DNA of 50,292 bases from Cirrosporium novae-zelandiae (Eukaryota), in assembly GCA_026023565.1 (NCBI GenBank), contig JAPETS010000030.1, positions 310,001 to 360,292 of the forward strand, in the 5' to 3' direction. Positions 25,360 to 37,891 of the stretch are shown one piece after another. The notes under the pieces were generated by a model. It did not search any database. It worked only from the letters and a program-made list of their open reading frames with translations, and was not told the origin of the DNA. The position numbers and the translations under genes are program-made. Position 1 is the stretch's first letter; each line of letters opens with the position of its first letter.

Positions 25360-27454
25360 TAGTCTAACACCCCTCCTTACCTTGTCTTGTTCACAATGTA
25401 GTGGTGGTCGATACGAAAAGAAAGACTTAAGTTTTGTTTAGCGATAGGGTGGAGAAGAAAAGTAAGGAGATTATTGGGTAGATCTAAAAAATCATTTTAA
25501 CATCATCCAGCAATTCTTTATTTAGTCTACTACTTACCCTTATCTCGAATTTCCAAAAGTCTAATCCAGAGTTTTTTTTTGACTCCCACTTGAAAAAAAA
25601 AAGAGAGGAGTAGTTAATAGTGTAATATTACTACTACTACTACTACTACTAGAAGGCAAAACGAACACTCCCACCTAATTAAGTAAAAAGAGCATAGGGG
25701 GGGGGATATATTTGTTACTTAGCTAAATAGCAGATATAGACTATACCTAAATATTAGGATAATCACATATAACCTAACTACGCTGTAGCATTTTGGCCAT
25801 TGCATCCTATCACCACTCACTTATATCACCTACTTACTACTTATCTATCACGCACCTGACAAAAAAAGAAAACAAGAAGCCACCCTTACAAATTATTTTA
25901 TTTCACATGTCACAAAAGAAAGAGAGTAGAGCATTAAGACCAGGCTTTGGGCCTGCGGACCAAAGGCGGAACGTAGGCAGGAATATGGCGGGAATATAGC
26001 GGGAATATAGCGAGAATGTGGGGTTACGTGACGCCGATAAGTCGCCGATAAAAGTAACGCATCACAAATAGAATAAGGACTTTATAGAGGGAAAAGAGGA
26101 GACTGGGAAAGACCAGCTTTCAATCTTGTATTATACTGATATACTACTATTGAGATACTACTACTCTACGCGCAAACAATGCACCTGTACCGCTACCTAC
26201 ATGATCTGAGCCCAATCCTTGACAGTTGTGGCTTTTTTTTTTGTCACTGTAGGCGCGTGACGATTGATCGAAAAAGCCCCTCCCTCTCTCCCAGTTTTAT
26301 TAATTAGGAATTATATCTAGATACTAGTTCTACGCTTCTCACTCGGATAGGTACAAGTAGACTATTTACCCCGCCAATACAAATCTATTCCCCTGTCCCC
26401 AGTACAGAGGATAGAACAGCTCTCTTTGGTGAAAACGTCAAAAGACTTTTCGAGTTACTACTTTAGTATTACTCCCGAAGTTTCTGCATATCAAGGATTA
26501 GGTTTTATAGCGTAGGCGGATATTGTATCCGTTGGTCTCGGATATTTTTTCCCCAGAGAACAGGAGAAGATGGTGTGTAGTGGTCCCGAAACGATCTGTT
26601 GAAACACACACAAAAACGCTTTAGAGTTTAGATTTGCACAACCCGTGTTTGTGTCTTCCTGGCTCAGCTCGCCACAATTGATAACAAAGGATATGATAAA
26701 CCAAAGCGGTGGGCTCCCTCTGCTCACAAGGCCATCTTCCTATCCCTGTGTTTTTCGACGAAAATAAAAAGATTTTCGTCTCCTCTATGCATTGATCGGT
26801 TGAGGCCGTGCGTGTATGGCTTTCTCTGCTCTTTGCCTTATTTTTTCCTTCGTCACACGGATGGGACATGGATGATGATGATTATCTTCTGCAGGTATGG
26901 ATTATCGAATGAATTGAACGTTGACTTAACAGAGTACATATATATATATATATCATCGGCTCGAAGGTGACTATGGTAGTTTATGCATGGACTTGTTCGC
27001 CACAGTGGGTTCCATAGAAAGCTAGAGAGGTAGACGGCCGAGGCGATTATGACCAAAAGTTTTTATTTGTATTAAAAGAATCGTATAATTAATCGAGCCA
27101 TCTCTGCATCTATCCCTCCACTTTGTGTTTTCCGAGCTACTCTTGTCATGGTCCCCAGGAGCAGTTACATTATATCGAAAATTTAACTACAACAACATTA
27201 GACAAAAGGGTTAAGAATTAACCCAAGTTACCTAGAGTTGGTCACCCACCAAAAATCTACTTCCTGTATTATTCCCTTTACCAACTATTTTATTAATATA
27301 AATTATAAATATTTTTTTATGTTAACAATTGGAGCTATTAGAGATTTGGTATTTTTATTTGTTTATTAAAATTGTTATTGTGTATATTTTTTTATTAATA
27401 TTTTGATTGTGACGCGTGTTTAGAAGGCGTGTGAAAATCTGACTAAAGTTGCGA

Positions 27455-27730
27455 TTGAGCTGAGGCTTTGACTGAGGTTTTGACTCAGATTCTGAGGTTT
27501 GTACTGAGGTCCTGACTGAGGCACCCACTGACCGAGCTTGCAATTGAAGTTCCCACTGAGCTTGCAGCCAAACTTCTAACCAAGCTTGCAACTGAGGTCT
27601 TAACTGAGCTTGCGACTGAGGCTTGCACTGAGGTACCCACTGAGTTTCTGACTGAGGCTTCTACTGAGGCTTCTACTGAGGCTCCCATCGAGGCCTTGAT
27701 CGAGCTTGCAATTGAGGTCCTGACCGCCAT
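27455..27730. repeat. Degenerate 12-bp tandem repeat (core ACTGAG; consensus near GCTTCTACTGAG), about 22 copies
   Basis: Units include gcttgcactgag, gtacccactgag, tttctgactgag, gcttctactgag x2, gctcccatcgag and cttgcaattgag. Confidence 0.88.
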
Positions 27731-28500
27731 AATTTTATATTTTTTGCATCCGGCCTTCAGCCCCAGAGCCTTGCTTTTGTGCTCTACCTCCTTCCTTTGT
27801 GATAATAATTGTTAGGGTATGCCAAGCACAACGTCTACGCGCTTGCGAAGCGCTCGCTTGGCGCCTAAGCAACCTTATGAGGAAGACCGCTGCTCCACGT
27901 ACAACGAGGGCAGCGTTCAGCTTTTGCATCTACCTCAGGGGGTACTCCTAAAGCTATCATCATTACTGCATCTCGAATGCGAACCTTATAGTATTATCCT
28001 TAGTTAGCCACTTCTTAGATAGTTATCCTACCACACAGCCTGAATTAGGCGCTGCCCTTGCAATAATTCCTTGTTTACTGTAATCTTTACTTTAGTCTAT
28101 AAGTTTAGACTAGTTAATTCGTAATATTTCTTTTCGTTCTAATTACTTTATATCAGCAATGGAAAATAAATATATAAAGGGATTGCTGGTGTAGTAAAAT
28201 AAAATATAAGGTAAACGTAGCTAGGTTTTTTTTGTTCGATTAAACCCTTAGCTACTTTCTACTTCGTCTATTTTTTTTTCTTTCGTGTCTTCTTGATTTC
28301 TTTCTTGAATCTTGATGAGACGTAAAAAAAACATGTATAAAAACGCTTTGCTCTCGCGTGGAGGAAAAAAAAAACTCCTGATAATGTAACAGCCCTTGAA
28401 AGCAATAGACATGACTGATGTCTTTTATTTCTTATTTGGACTTTACTTTAATTTGCTCCCCTTCCTTCTTGCCCATCTTTCCTTCCCTTTATTTAGATAC

Positions 28501-30694
28501 TTAGAGGGCGACTTCCACTCTGCCTTCATTACCCGGCCCACCAGGCTTCGTCAAGTTTGGTAGCAAGTATGTGATATCATCCCAAGGATGTCTGTATAGA
28601 CCGGTCCTCAATCTCTTCTGATCTAGGTAATGGGCAATGAGACCGATACTCCTTCCAAGGACGAACAGACCATTCAGTACACCCATGTTGAGGTAATCCT
28701 CTGCCTCTTCGGGGCTAAAGGCACCACAGTTGCGCAACAGGTCGACGAAGCAGACAGCAACGCAGCCGTCAACATTAAGGATGAGGTTGTCTTTCTTAGA
28801 GGTGGTGACGGTTTCTACGGCAAGGGCGTAATCGAGGAGTTTGTGGTTAGGGAATTTACGGAGAACGAAGTCCTTGACAAGCTCAACGCGGAGATCTGGG
28901 TTGTTGCGGGATTTGACCTTGTGACCGATGCCGGGGATGAGCTTATTTTGTTTACGCATACTGTCAACAAATTCACGGGGGCTGAGGCCCTTGTCGTAGG
29001 CTCTTGTGAATTCTTCGGCTGCGCCGTCAAGAGCTCCGCCGAAACGGGACCCGATGGTTAGGAGACCCGATACCAAGGCGCTGATGAGATCTTTACCCGC
29101 TCGGGTGGTGATGATGGTGTTCATAGCGCCTGAGACTGCGGGACCGTGATCAGCTGTAAGCATGAGGACCATCTCAAGGAATTTGCTAGCGTATGTTGGG
29201 AGACGGCGACGGAACCACAGGAGCGACATGACACCGCCAATTCCAATATCCTCTTTGAAGACATCGGAGATGGGCATGCCAGCGTATAGGAGTTCTTGAC
29301 CACGATCATCTGAGATAGTGGAGATGAAAGCGGCGGGTTTACGGACAAGACCAAGTTCCTGGGCCCAGGAGTAGTCAATGGGAATCTTTGGTGGGGTGGG
29401 CTCTGGTTGGGGCTTGATGGTTCCGTCCTTGACGAGCTTCTCGTAGACTTCGTGGAGGAGTTGCGGAAGCTCTTCAAAGGTATCCGGGACGTAGATGCCG
29501 GCATCCTTCATGGACTTGTTTTTCATGGCGGCAGTTTCGAGCTGGGAGTTGGCGAATGAACCGGCGTGACCGAATTGGACTTCAGTCTTGAACATCCCTG
29601 CACAAGTACCAATGGCCCATGCCACAACTGGCTTGGTGATGATGCCGTTCTTGACAGCTTCGATGACACGGTATTCTTCGACTCCTCCGACTTCACCAAG
29701 CAGGAGCAATAGTTTACAGTTGGGGTCAGCTTGATATCTGAGCAAATGGTCGATGAATGTGGTTCCAGGATATCTATCACCTCCAATGGCAATACCCTCG
29801 TAAACGCCGTCGGTGTTGTTGGCGATGATGTTGTTGAGTTCGTTGGACATACCTCCAGACTTAGAGACGTAGCCAACGGATCCCTTACGGTAGAGCTTTG
29901 AAGCTACAATATTGTCCATCATACCACCAGTGTTTCCAATTTTGAATGCACCAGGCTTGATACCACCGACAGTCGCGGGGCCAATAATGGTAATCCCTTT
30001 TTGTTTAGCAACGTGAAGGATTTCTCGAGCACGCTGTGAAACCGATTGTAAGCTATCATTCTCAATTCAAGTTCAAGTTCATGGTCTTCCTTACTCTTTC
30101 TGGCACACCCTCAGCAATGATGGCAATAGCCTTGATTTGTGGGTAAGTCATGAGCTCCATGGTTGAGCTGTAGACACTTCGCGAGGAAGCGAAGTTCACA
30201 ACGGTATCAACGTCGCTATGCTTGGCCATGGCCTTGTTTGCATCTTGGTAAACAGGAAGAAGGGTCTCACTCGTACCCCAGTACCTATTGGACGAAATTA
30301 GCTCAATTTTTTCCGTCAAAATAGTTCTTTGCGACAGCGACATCCCAATACTGACATTTTACTAACAAACTGACCGCCAAAAGTGTAGATAATTCCAGCG
30401 ACTGATGGAGTCTTGCGCTTGCAGATGAAGTCGAAATCGAGCATGCCCTGCACAGCTCGAGGCTGCATACCGCTATTTCACCACACCCGTCAGTTTCGCA
30501 TTCGCCTGGGGGGAATTTAGAAACGGAATAAATTCTTACTAGACAAAACATCTTGTTTTCTCGTGGAAGAGAGTGTGCGCAGCTGGAGGGCTCAGTGGTC
30601 TGCTTGGAGCGCTGAAACGAGCGATGTTGTCGTCTGCAGATAGAGGGGCAGGAGTTTGGGTCCCGTTGGCCCCGTTAACTACGGGAGCAGGCAT
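28501..30694 (-). CDS. acl1: ATP-citrate lyase subunit 1 (CoA-binding and citrate-synthase-like half), 4 exons
   Basis: Starts [15 protein letters not shown]. Contains [34 protein letters not shown], the phospho-His motif [15 protein letters not shown] and LYRHPWDDI. Confidence 0.97.
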
Positions 30695-32356
30695 AATTGT
30701 GGTAGTGAATTATGAGCAGTCTGAAAACTGAGGAATAAATTCAATTAGTACTTTGAAAAGGAATAAATTTGCAGATTATGAGGTTTGAACTAGAATGGTG
30801 AAAAGAACAATTGAAGTTGTGGGAAATATCCAAAAATTACAACAGACGGACGAATCCCACCGACCAGGGCATACTTGCGCAGTCAAAAGCCGGGTTCACT
30901 TACAAATTTGTGAGTGGAGAGAGAAGATGACCAGCTCGGCGTTTTGAAGCTGAGACTGGGAACAAAGATATTTTTGGTATTTGGAGTAGAGAGTTCTTGT
31001 TTTGTTTTTTTTGGTTTTTTTTTTGGGTTATCGAGGTGTCAGAGAGAAGAGAAAATAGGTCACCGAAATGGTTCACCGAGAGGAGTGAAATTGAAGTACA
31101 TGTGCAGGCGCAATAAGTTGAGTTAGCAAAGGCCGAAGGCTGATTTTGGTAGAGTTTGGCTTGGAAGTTGGGTGAGATCAGGGACCGGATGACGGAAGGG
31201 CTAGAACCAGAGGGTTACAAAGATTTTTTATTTCAATGGCCTTAACAATTCATGTTGAGTGGGCCGATGGCGCGTTGGATGCTAGATAGCAAAAGACTTG
31301 ACTGATTACCATTCAATCAAAATGAATTGTTGGAAGTGTTAGATGCTTGTTGAGGAATCAAAAGGATTATCTTTAACCATCTCTGACCATCTCTGACCAT
31401 CCCTGACCATCCTTGAGGTTTTGGAGGGGGGGGGAGGGTCGTGTGCGTGTGGCTGACCGGAGTCCGGACTAAAACGGATCTGGGGTAGAAGCGAAAAGTG
31501 AAAAATAAAACAAAAAGAAGCGAATCCCGCCAGAAATCGGCTGAATCCTTGGCCCCATTATCTTAACTGACCAGGGGTCAACCTTAACAAAGTAAATGCC
31601 TCCCCCAAGCCCCCCCAAGTACACCCCCAGTAAACCCCCCACCATTTGTTACTTTTCAACTGTACTGGATCCAACTAACCCAATAGTCCAAGCTCTTCTT
31701 ATCCCAACACTCTTTTTTAGACTCGGGCATTTCGTCCCGACTTACCCCTCCTTACCATTTCGGGTCAAAATCCTCAAATCATCAAAATTCAAAATCAAAA
31801 TCACCGGAACCCAATCCTTCCTGTGGCATCAGATCAGCTCAATCCAAACCCCCAAAACAGTCATCCCAGGTCAATTTGTAAAAAAAGAACCTTTCTCACC
31901 CACCTCAGCTTGCATCCGCTATCTGACACTGCCTCGTCTCTCTCTGCTTCCGCCTCTACTCCCCGGAAAAAGGAAGTAAGAAGAAAAAAGAAGAAGAAGA
32001 AGAAAAAAAAAGGAACAAAGTCGTTGGACTGCCTTCCAACATCTTTCCAACAATTCAACCTCAATCTCTCACGCAATCAAACAAGGTATGTCTCTTCAAT
32101 TAATTCACTAGCGCATCTCTTCATTACCACTTCTCGCCGTATTTTCGCCGTCGACGACCTCAACCGCTTCATACCTTTTCGTACCCTTAAACTTTGGTTC
32201 CTTGACTTGTCTGACCATTTTTCATGTCCCCATTGTCTGCCCCCCAATTCCTCAATTTCTTATTCTGTTCTCCTCTTTCTCTTGTCTTTTGATTAATCCC
32301 TAGACTCACCATAATCATAGCAAATCTCCACTCTCTGAATCTTCACTCCACTCACC
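30695..32356. promoter_or_regulatory. Bidirectional acl1/acl2 intergenic region, including a likely acl2 5'-UTR intron (32086..32320) and a 10-bp tandem repeat (~31376-31416)
   Basis: The start codons diverge. AAG|GTATGT...pyrimidine tract...CATAG lies upstream of the acl2 ATG. ACCATC(T/C)CTG is repeated about 4 times. Confidence 0.6.
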
Positions 32357-34314
32357 ATGTCTGCTAAATCCATCCTCGAGGCCGACGGCAAGGCCATTAT
32401 CAATTACCACCTCACCAGAGCCCCTGTCATGAAGCCAAGCCCCCTGCCAAAATCAGCAACTCATAACCCTGCCCCGCGACTTGCCTCTCTCTATTTTCCC
32501 GCAGATGAAAAGGTCGAAGACGTCCTCAACCAAGCCGAAATCACATACCCTTGGCTTCTTGCAACAGACTCCAAATTCGTCGCCAAACCAGATCAATTGA
32601 TCAAGCGACGAGGCAAGAGCGGTCTGCTAGCCCTGAACAAATCCTGGGCCGAGGCAAAGGAATGGATCGCTGAGCGTGCTGGCAAACCACAGCAGGTTGA
32701 GTCGGTAACTGGCGTTCTCAGGCAATTCCTGGTGGAGCCATTTGTGCCTCACCCGGCCAATACCGAATACTATATCAACATCAACTCCGTCAGAGAGGTG
32801 AGCATTTTCGTCTTCCGGTTGTGACCGATCATCCTGGGCATGTCTGTTTCTGCGTTGTAACTTGTTTTCAAAGGTCGTTTTTCTTATAACATAATTGCAT
32901 CTTTTCTTTGGCATGAAGCATTTATTTCTGGATGGCTTCCATTTTCGTGTATTTTCATGGTTTCTGTAAGCCTTTCTGCTTGGTGGGAACTTCTACTTTT
33001 TGTACGGGTTCCTGGACGAGCGGAAACCTCGGGCGAAGGGGAGCTAGGTATTGGTCCGGCTCCACCATACGAAACATCCCAAGATCGGGATATAATGTCT
33101 CGTACAGTACAAGCCATCCCGGAATCTTATTCGAAATTCTCCTTCCGATATTACCGTTTTTGACGTTTATGCTTAGTTGGATTTGGCTTTCTATTGTTAT
33201 TCAAGAACTAGGAGCACGTGCATGTCCATTACACTATACCTCGATACCAAACTTACTTACAACCTGATGCTAATGTGTTGCTTGGCAATAGGGTGATTGG
33301 ATTCTTTTCACACATGAAGGTGGTGTCGATGTTGGTGATGTTGATGCCAAAGCAAAAAAGCTCCTCATCCCTGTCGACTTGACACAATTCCCCGAGAACC
33401 AGCAAATTGCCGAGACCCTCCTCGCAGATGTACCCAAAGGCGTTCACAATGTCCTAGTTGACTTTATCGTTCGCCTCTATGCTGTCTATGTCGACTGCCA
33501 ATTCACATACCTAGAGATTAACCCTCTAGTTGTCATTCCCAATGCCGATGCCACTGGCGCCGATGTTTACTTCCTCGATCTTGCAGCTAAGCTTGATCAG
33601 ACTGCCGAATTCGAATGCGGTGTAAAATGGGCCATCGCACGTAGTCCTGCTGCTTTAGGGCTTACAAACGTCAAGGTAACTGATGGCAAGGTCAACATTG
33701 ATGCCGGCCCACCCATGGACTTCCCAGCTCCCTTCGGCCGTGAACTTACCAAGGAAGAAGCCTATATTGCCGACCTTGATGCTAAGACTGGTGCCTCTCT
33801 TAAGCTTACTGTTCTTAACGCTTCTGGTCGTATCTGGACTCTCGTGGCCGGCGGTGGTGCTTCCGTCGTGTATGCTGATGCAATTGCATCTTCTGGCTTT
33901 GCATCTGAGCTAGCCAACTACGGTGAATATTCAGGTGCTCCCACAGAGACCCAAACCTTTCACTATGCTCGCACTGTTATTGACCTCATGCTCCGTGCCC
34001 CTGTCCATGAACAGGGCAAGGTCCTATTCATCGGTGGAGGTATTGCCAACTTTACCAACGTTGCGTCCACCTTCAAGGGTGTTATCCGTGCTATTCGCGA
34101 ATTTGCACCTCAACTTATCGAACAGAAGGTTGAGATCTGGGTGCGCCGTGCAGGACCCAACTATCAGGAAGGTCTACGCAACATCAAGGCAGTCGGCGAG
34201 GAATTGCACCTTGATATGCACGTCTATGGACCGGAGATGCATGTCAGCGGTATTGTGCCCCTAGCATTGGTACCCGGAAAAAATAAGGGTGATGTCAAGG
34301 AATTTGGAGCATAG
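32357..34314 (+). CDS. acl2: ATP-citrate lyase subunit 2 (ATP-grasp and citrate-binding half)
   Basis: [65 protein letters not shown] and GGGIANFT. A single 494-nt coding intron spans 32798..33291. Confidence 0.97.
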
Positions 34315-36058
34315 ACCTGTTTTTCACATGAATCGCTGTGATTGAATAAAATTAAGGGATAGAGGAGAATATTTCTTTAATGCTGCTCGTACCAGCTCGT
34401 ACCAAAATCTCTTTTTAGCTATGATTATGGTCATGAGCTTGTCATTTTTACGCTGCGACAGAGACGGGTGCTTCCATGAGCGGAGTGCGCGAATATTTGG
34501 GTTTGGGATGAAATCAAGCACATGATTGTTCTGGTTCTCGCATAGCAGTATAGACAAATCCTAGTAGAAGAAAGAGGAAAGAATTAACATAACCTTTGAT
34601 GATCATAATGTTCATGTCACTACTGCAGAAATTGCTGTTCATTGAGTCCCGCGACCCCATCTTTCGGCTCTCATTATTTACACGTGATGCACCAAGGAGA
34701 GGAGACAATTTTGTATCGTCTTTCCACATCAATCCTTCACAAACAAGGAATGAACAGATGAAACATTGCCATCCTCCTCTTTTCAATTCTACAGTATAGC
34801 TAAATTCTATGGCCAATGGTCAGGGCTTCAACAACTATGCTTGACGTTTTGGGAATCATCACCGCCGCTACTGTGTACTGTCGGAGGTTCAATACAGTAG
34901 CTGTTCGATGTTTTGCCTCGGCTTGCCTCTCGCTCTCCTCCCATTATATTTGACTACAACTCATGTCAACTCCATCTATGCTTTTTACGCTACTTTGTAT
35001 ATGTTCCTTGTATTTCCTTCCTGCTCTCGAAATATCCCTACATTTATCTTGAAAAGTCCAAATAATTCAAGTCAGTTTCAACTGGAAAGAGGTCACCATG
35101 GATTGTTACTGTCACGTATGGGAAGAAAGTAGTGGCCGAAAGACGTCGAGTCATGATTTCAATCAGGTCTTCCCTAGACGCTATTTCCCTACCCCTTGCA
35201 CGTCCGACTTTATTACCCCAGATCTACGTGCGGAGAAGTTACGCTAAGGCACCCTCTCTCTCGTTCCCATGTCGATACCAACCATCCAACCGTTATTTTC
35301 ATGTGCAGCCAATCCCGCAGCTTGGTTCTCTCGTACCTTAAGGTTCACCTTAAGCTTGTATTACTTGTCCGCATTCTTGTATGCAGCCATGCGCTTCCTA
35401 ATTAAGTCCAAAGGCCGTTTCTGTTCTACCCGTTTTGTATATACCGTTCACATGAACTGATCGAAATCTCTGTTTTCGTTGGTCTTTCCGCTTCATTCGT
35501 ACTATTGATAGACATAACATCTTCTTTTTAATCATTATGGGATGGATGGCCTCGGCTTCTATTCTCCACGAATGCTATGCTACGGGTCTCCAAACCCATG
35601 AAAATTCTGGACAGTTTTCAAATACTGTGTAGCACCGACTACTAGCACCGACTCTACCAGCTAGTATTGCTCATCAAAAGAAATTATTGGTCAAATGGGT
35701 CCATGTCAAAGAGTACCTACGCGCTGTTGCGGGGATAATTGACCTCTCCCCTGACCTAATTTAGAACCCTGCTGGCAAGAGTGGCGAAAGCCGCGGTTGC
35801 ACCTATAGGGAGAGTATACATGACAACATGTGAACATTCTGTTAGGGTCTTAGTAGTTGTAAGTCCCGGGGAAACGATTGTGACAGACTATATAACGACC
35901 GCTCCCTCCCGCAATAGACCTGTGCTATGATATATCGCATTCCGTCGTTTTGAGCTGTCTGAATTTCTGCCAGTCGCTTCTGCTCACTATACAATCTTTG
36001 CTCGCCTTCCAAAATATAACAGATACACAACCCCCGGATAGAATTAAACAATCACAAA

Positions 36059-36799
36059 ATGAAATATAGTACTTCTCTCGTCCTTATTACGGCTGCTCTC
36101 ACCAGCGCTGCATCGCTTCCCGATATCCCAAGCTGTGCTGTATGGTTCTATTCCTCGCTACTATACCAATTAGCTCTCTTATTGACACTCTTTGATAGCT
36201 GACTTGCTTCACTACTGCCCTTGGATCTGATGGCTGTAGCACGCTGACCGATTTTGAATGCCACTGTCAAAAGGGGTCTTCGTTGATCAGCTCAGTCACA
36301 CCTTGTGTTCAGTCTGCCTGTAGTGCATCGGACCAAGCAGGTAAGCATATCATCTTTTACTTCAGAAAACTTCGTTACAAGAATAGCTTTTTTCTTCTTA
36401 TTATCAATAATAAGCTGATGTTCAATAGCGGTCATCAGTGCAGTTGAATCCACTTGCGCCCAATACGGAATAACCATTTCCATCTCATCTGCTATTTCGA
36501 CTGCTGCTAGTTCGTCTGCTGCTGCCACCTCTGCTCCTGAAAGCACCGAGGCTTCTACTACCTCGGCCTATTCATCTGCGGCATCTTCCACGGCCTATAT
36601 CTCATCTGCTGGAACCTCCACTTACTCCACCTCTACTACGGCAACCTCCTCTGGCTTTGCTAGCCCAAGTGGCTCTTCAAGCAACGCAACTGCTTCTTCA
36701 ACATTGGCGCCGTTCACCGGCGCCGCCATGACGTATGGAGCTCAAGCAACTATGGGTGCTATTGGAGCAATGGCTATTGTTGCTGCGTTGGCAATCTAA
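36059..36799 (+). CDS. GPI-anchored CFEM-domain protein (Ag2/PRA-like), 3 exons; not in the ORF track
   Basis: Spliced product: MKYSTSLVLITAALTSAASLPDIPSCA|LTCFTTALGSDGCSTLTDFECHCQKGSSLISSVTPCVQSACSASDQA|AVISAVESTC... This gives a signal peptide, 8 Cys with CFEM spacing, a Ser/Thr stalk and a hydrophobic GPI signal (FTGAA...GAIGAMAIVAALAI*). Confidence 0.93.
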
Positions 36800-37891
36800 T
36801 ACAATCCACGCGTGGATATCGAATGATGAGGTACCTAATCTGGAAGTGCATGGAAGGATGACTGGCAATTTGGGGGTAATGTTGATATTGTATGGGTCTT
36901 GCATATATGAATGTACTCTGTCTTGTTCATTTCCTTCAAACTTAATATGGCTCGACTTGAACTGCTTATTGTCGTCATCGCCGTCGGTTGTTAATCATGC
37001 TTGACAATGTTCAATAGAATCAGGTTAGACGGTTGGTTCACACGATTGTAGGGGTAGTTAGTCGACTATTTGCAACAAAAGGTTTTGTTTCGAAATCTCA
37101 GTCTTTTGTCTCTACTGTAGAAGGTCATTTCAAGCATAGCTAAAATTTGAAAGAGAGAAATTGATTTGGTAGCCTGAGGCATCAAGATAGCCATGATTTA
37201 CTAATACAACCGAGGTCTCCTTTTCTATTTCGAAGCAAATTCGACTTCTGGAATGTCATTCTTGTTAGTCACTGACATGACTAATTAGAAAAATCCAATG
37301 AGTCTATATGCATCTAAAGTATACCCAGATCCTGCAGGTGAGCATTATGGTTCCTCATAATTTTCTTTCTTGTATAGTCACGACCATAAAAAAACAATGC
37401 TAACTTGCCCAAAATACTATCGTCAGCATAGCTCCTGTATGCGGCGAAGGGCTGTTTTATGCCTCTCTTTTAGAATAGAAACTCTCAATTATGCCTTCTA
37501 GCAATAAACCCTTCACGTGAATAGCTCACTTGGATAGAATCGAATCATGCACATAACATGTGAGGAGGGCTGTAACATTCCTCGAAGATAACTGTCATCT
37601 CAACCTTTCATTCCTCGCATTGAGTCAAGCCATTTTGCTTTGTTTCCTTGATTTTGTACCTTTCCTTGCGTCTCGATTTGATCATCTCGAATGATCTTTC
37701 TCTCTCAACCTTTGCTAGAGCTGCGTGTCGGACGAGTCCCTTTTTAATAACGTCTAGAGCAAATCGGCAGCCTTCATTCCAAATGATAACCCCAAGCTTT
37801 AGGATATAAGAAGGAGGTCTTTTCACAGTAGCACAGTTTCCTGCTTATCATATTTCTTCGATAGCAATATTATACTCTCGTTTAAGTCATC

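Noticed and set aside
21400..25700. Terminal repeats or target-site duplication bounding the D/O cassette
   Set aside because: No matching inverted or direct repeats were found by eye, so mobility remains an inference.
26390..26870. Large structured RNA or telomerase RNA in the spacer
   Set aside because: Only short stems are visible (GAAGATGG/CCATCTTC, GACGAAAAT/ATTTTCGTC), which is compatible with chance. No TAACCCTAA-type template was seen.
27455..27730. Repeat array as CRISPR
   Set aside because: The period is 12 bp with no unique spacers, there are no cas genes, and the context is eukaryotic.
31596..32296. ORFs of 127 and 157 aa upstream of acl2
   Set aside because: They are low-complexity translations of promoter, purine tract and 5'-UTR intron sequence.
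33010..33040. Hammerhead ribozyme or RNase P RNA in the acl2 intron
   Set aside because: CTGGACGA does not match the CUGANGA core. GGTGGGAACTTC only loosely resembles RNase P CR-I, and I found no CR-V partner.
28501..34314. Split, divergently transcribed ATP-citrate lyase as a novelty
   Set aside because: The two-subunit, adjacent divergent arrangement is already known in filamentous ascomycetes.
34330..35900. Gene between acl2 and the CFEM gene
   Set aside because: Only short, inconsistent ORFs on both strands; I could not build a splice-consistent model or find an RNA motif.
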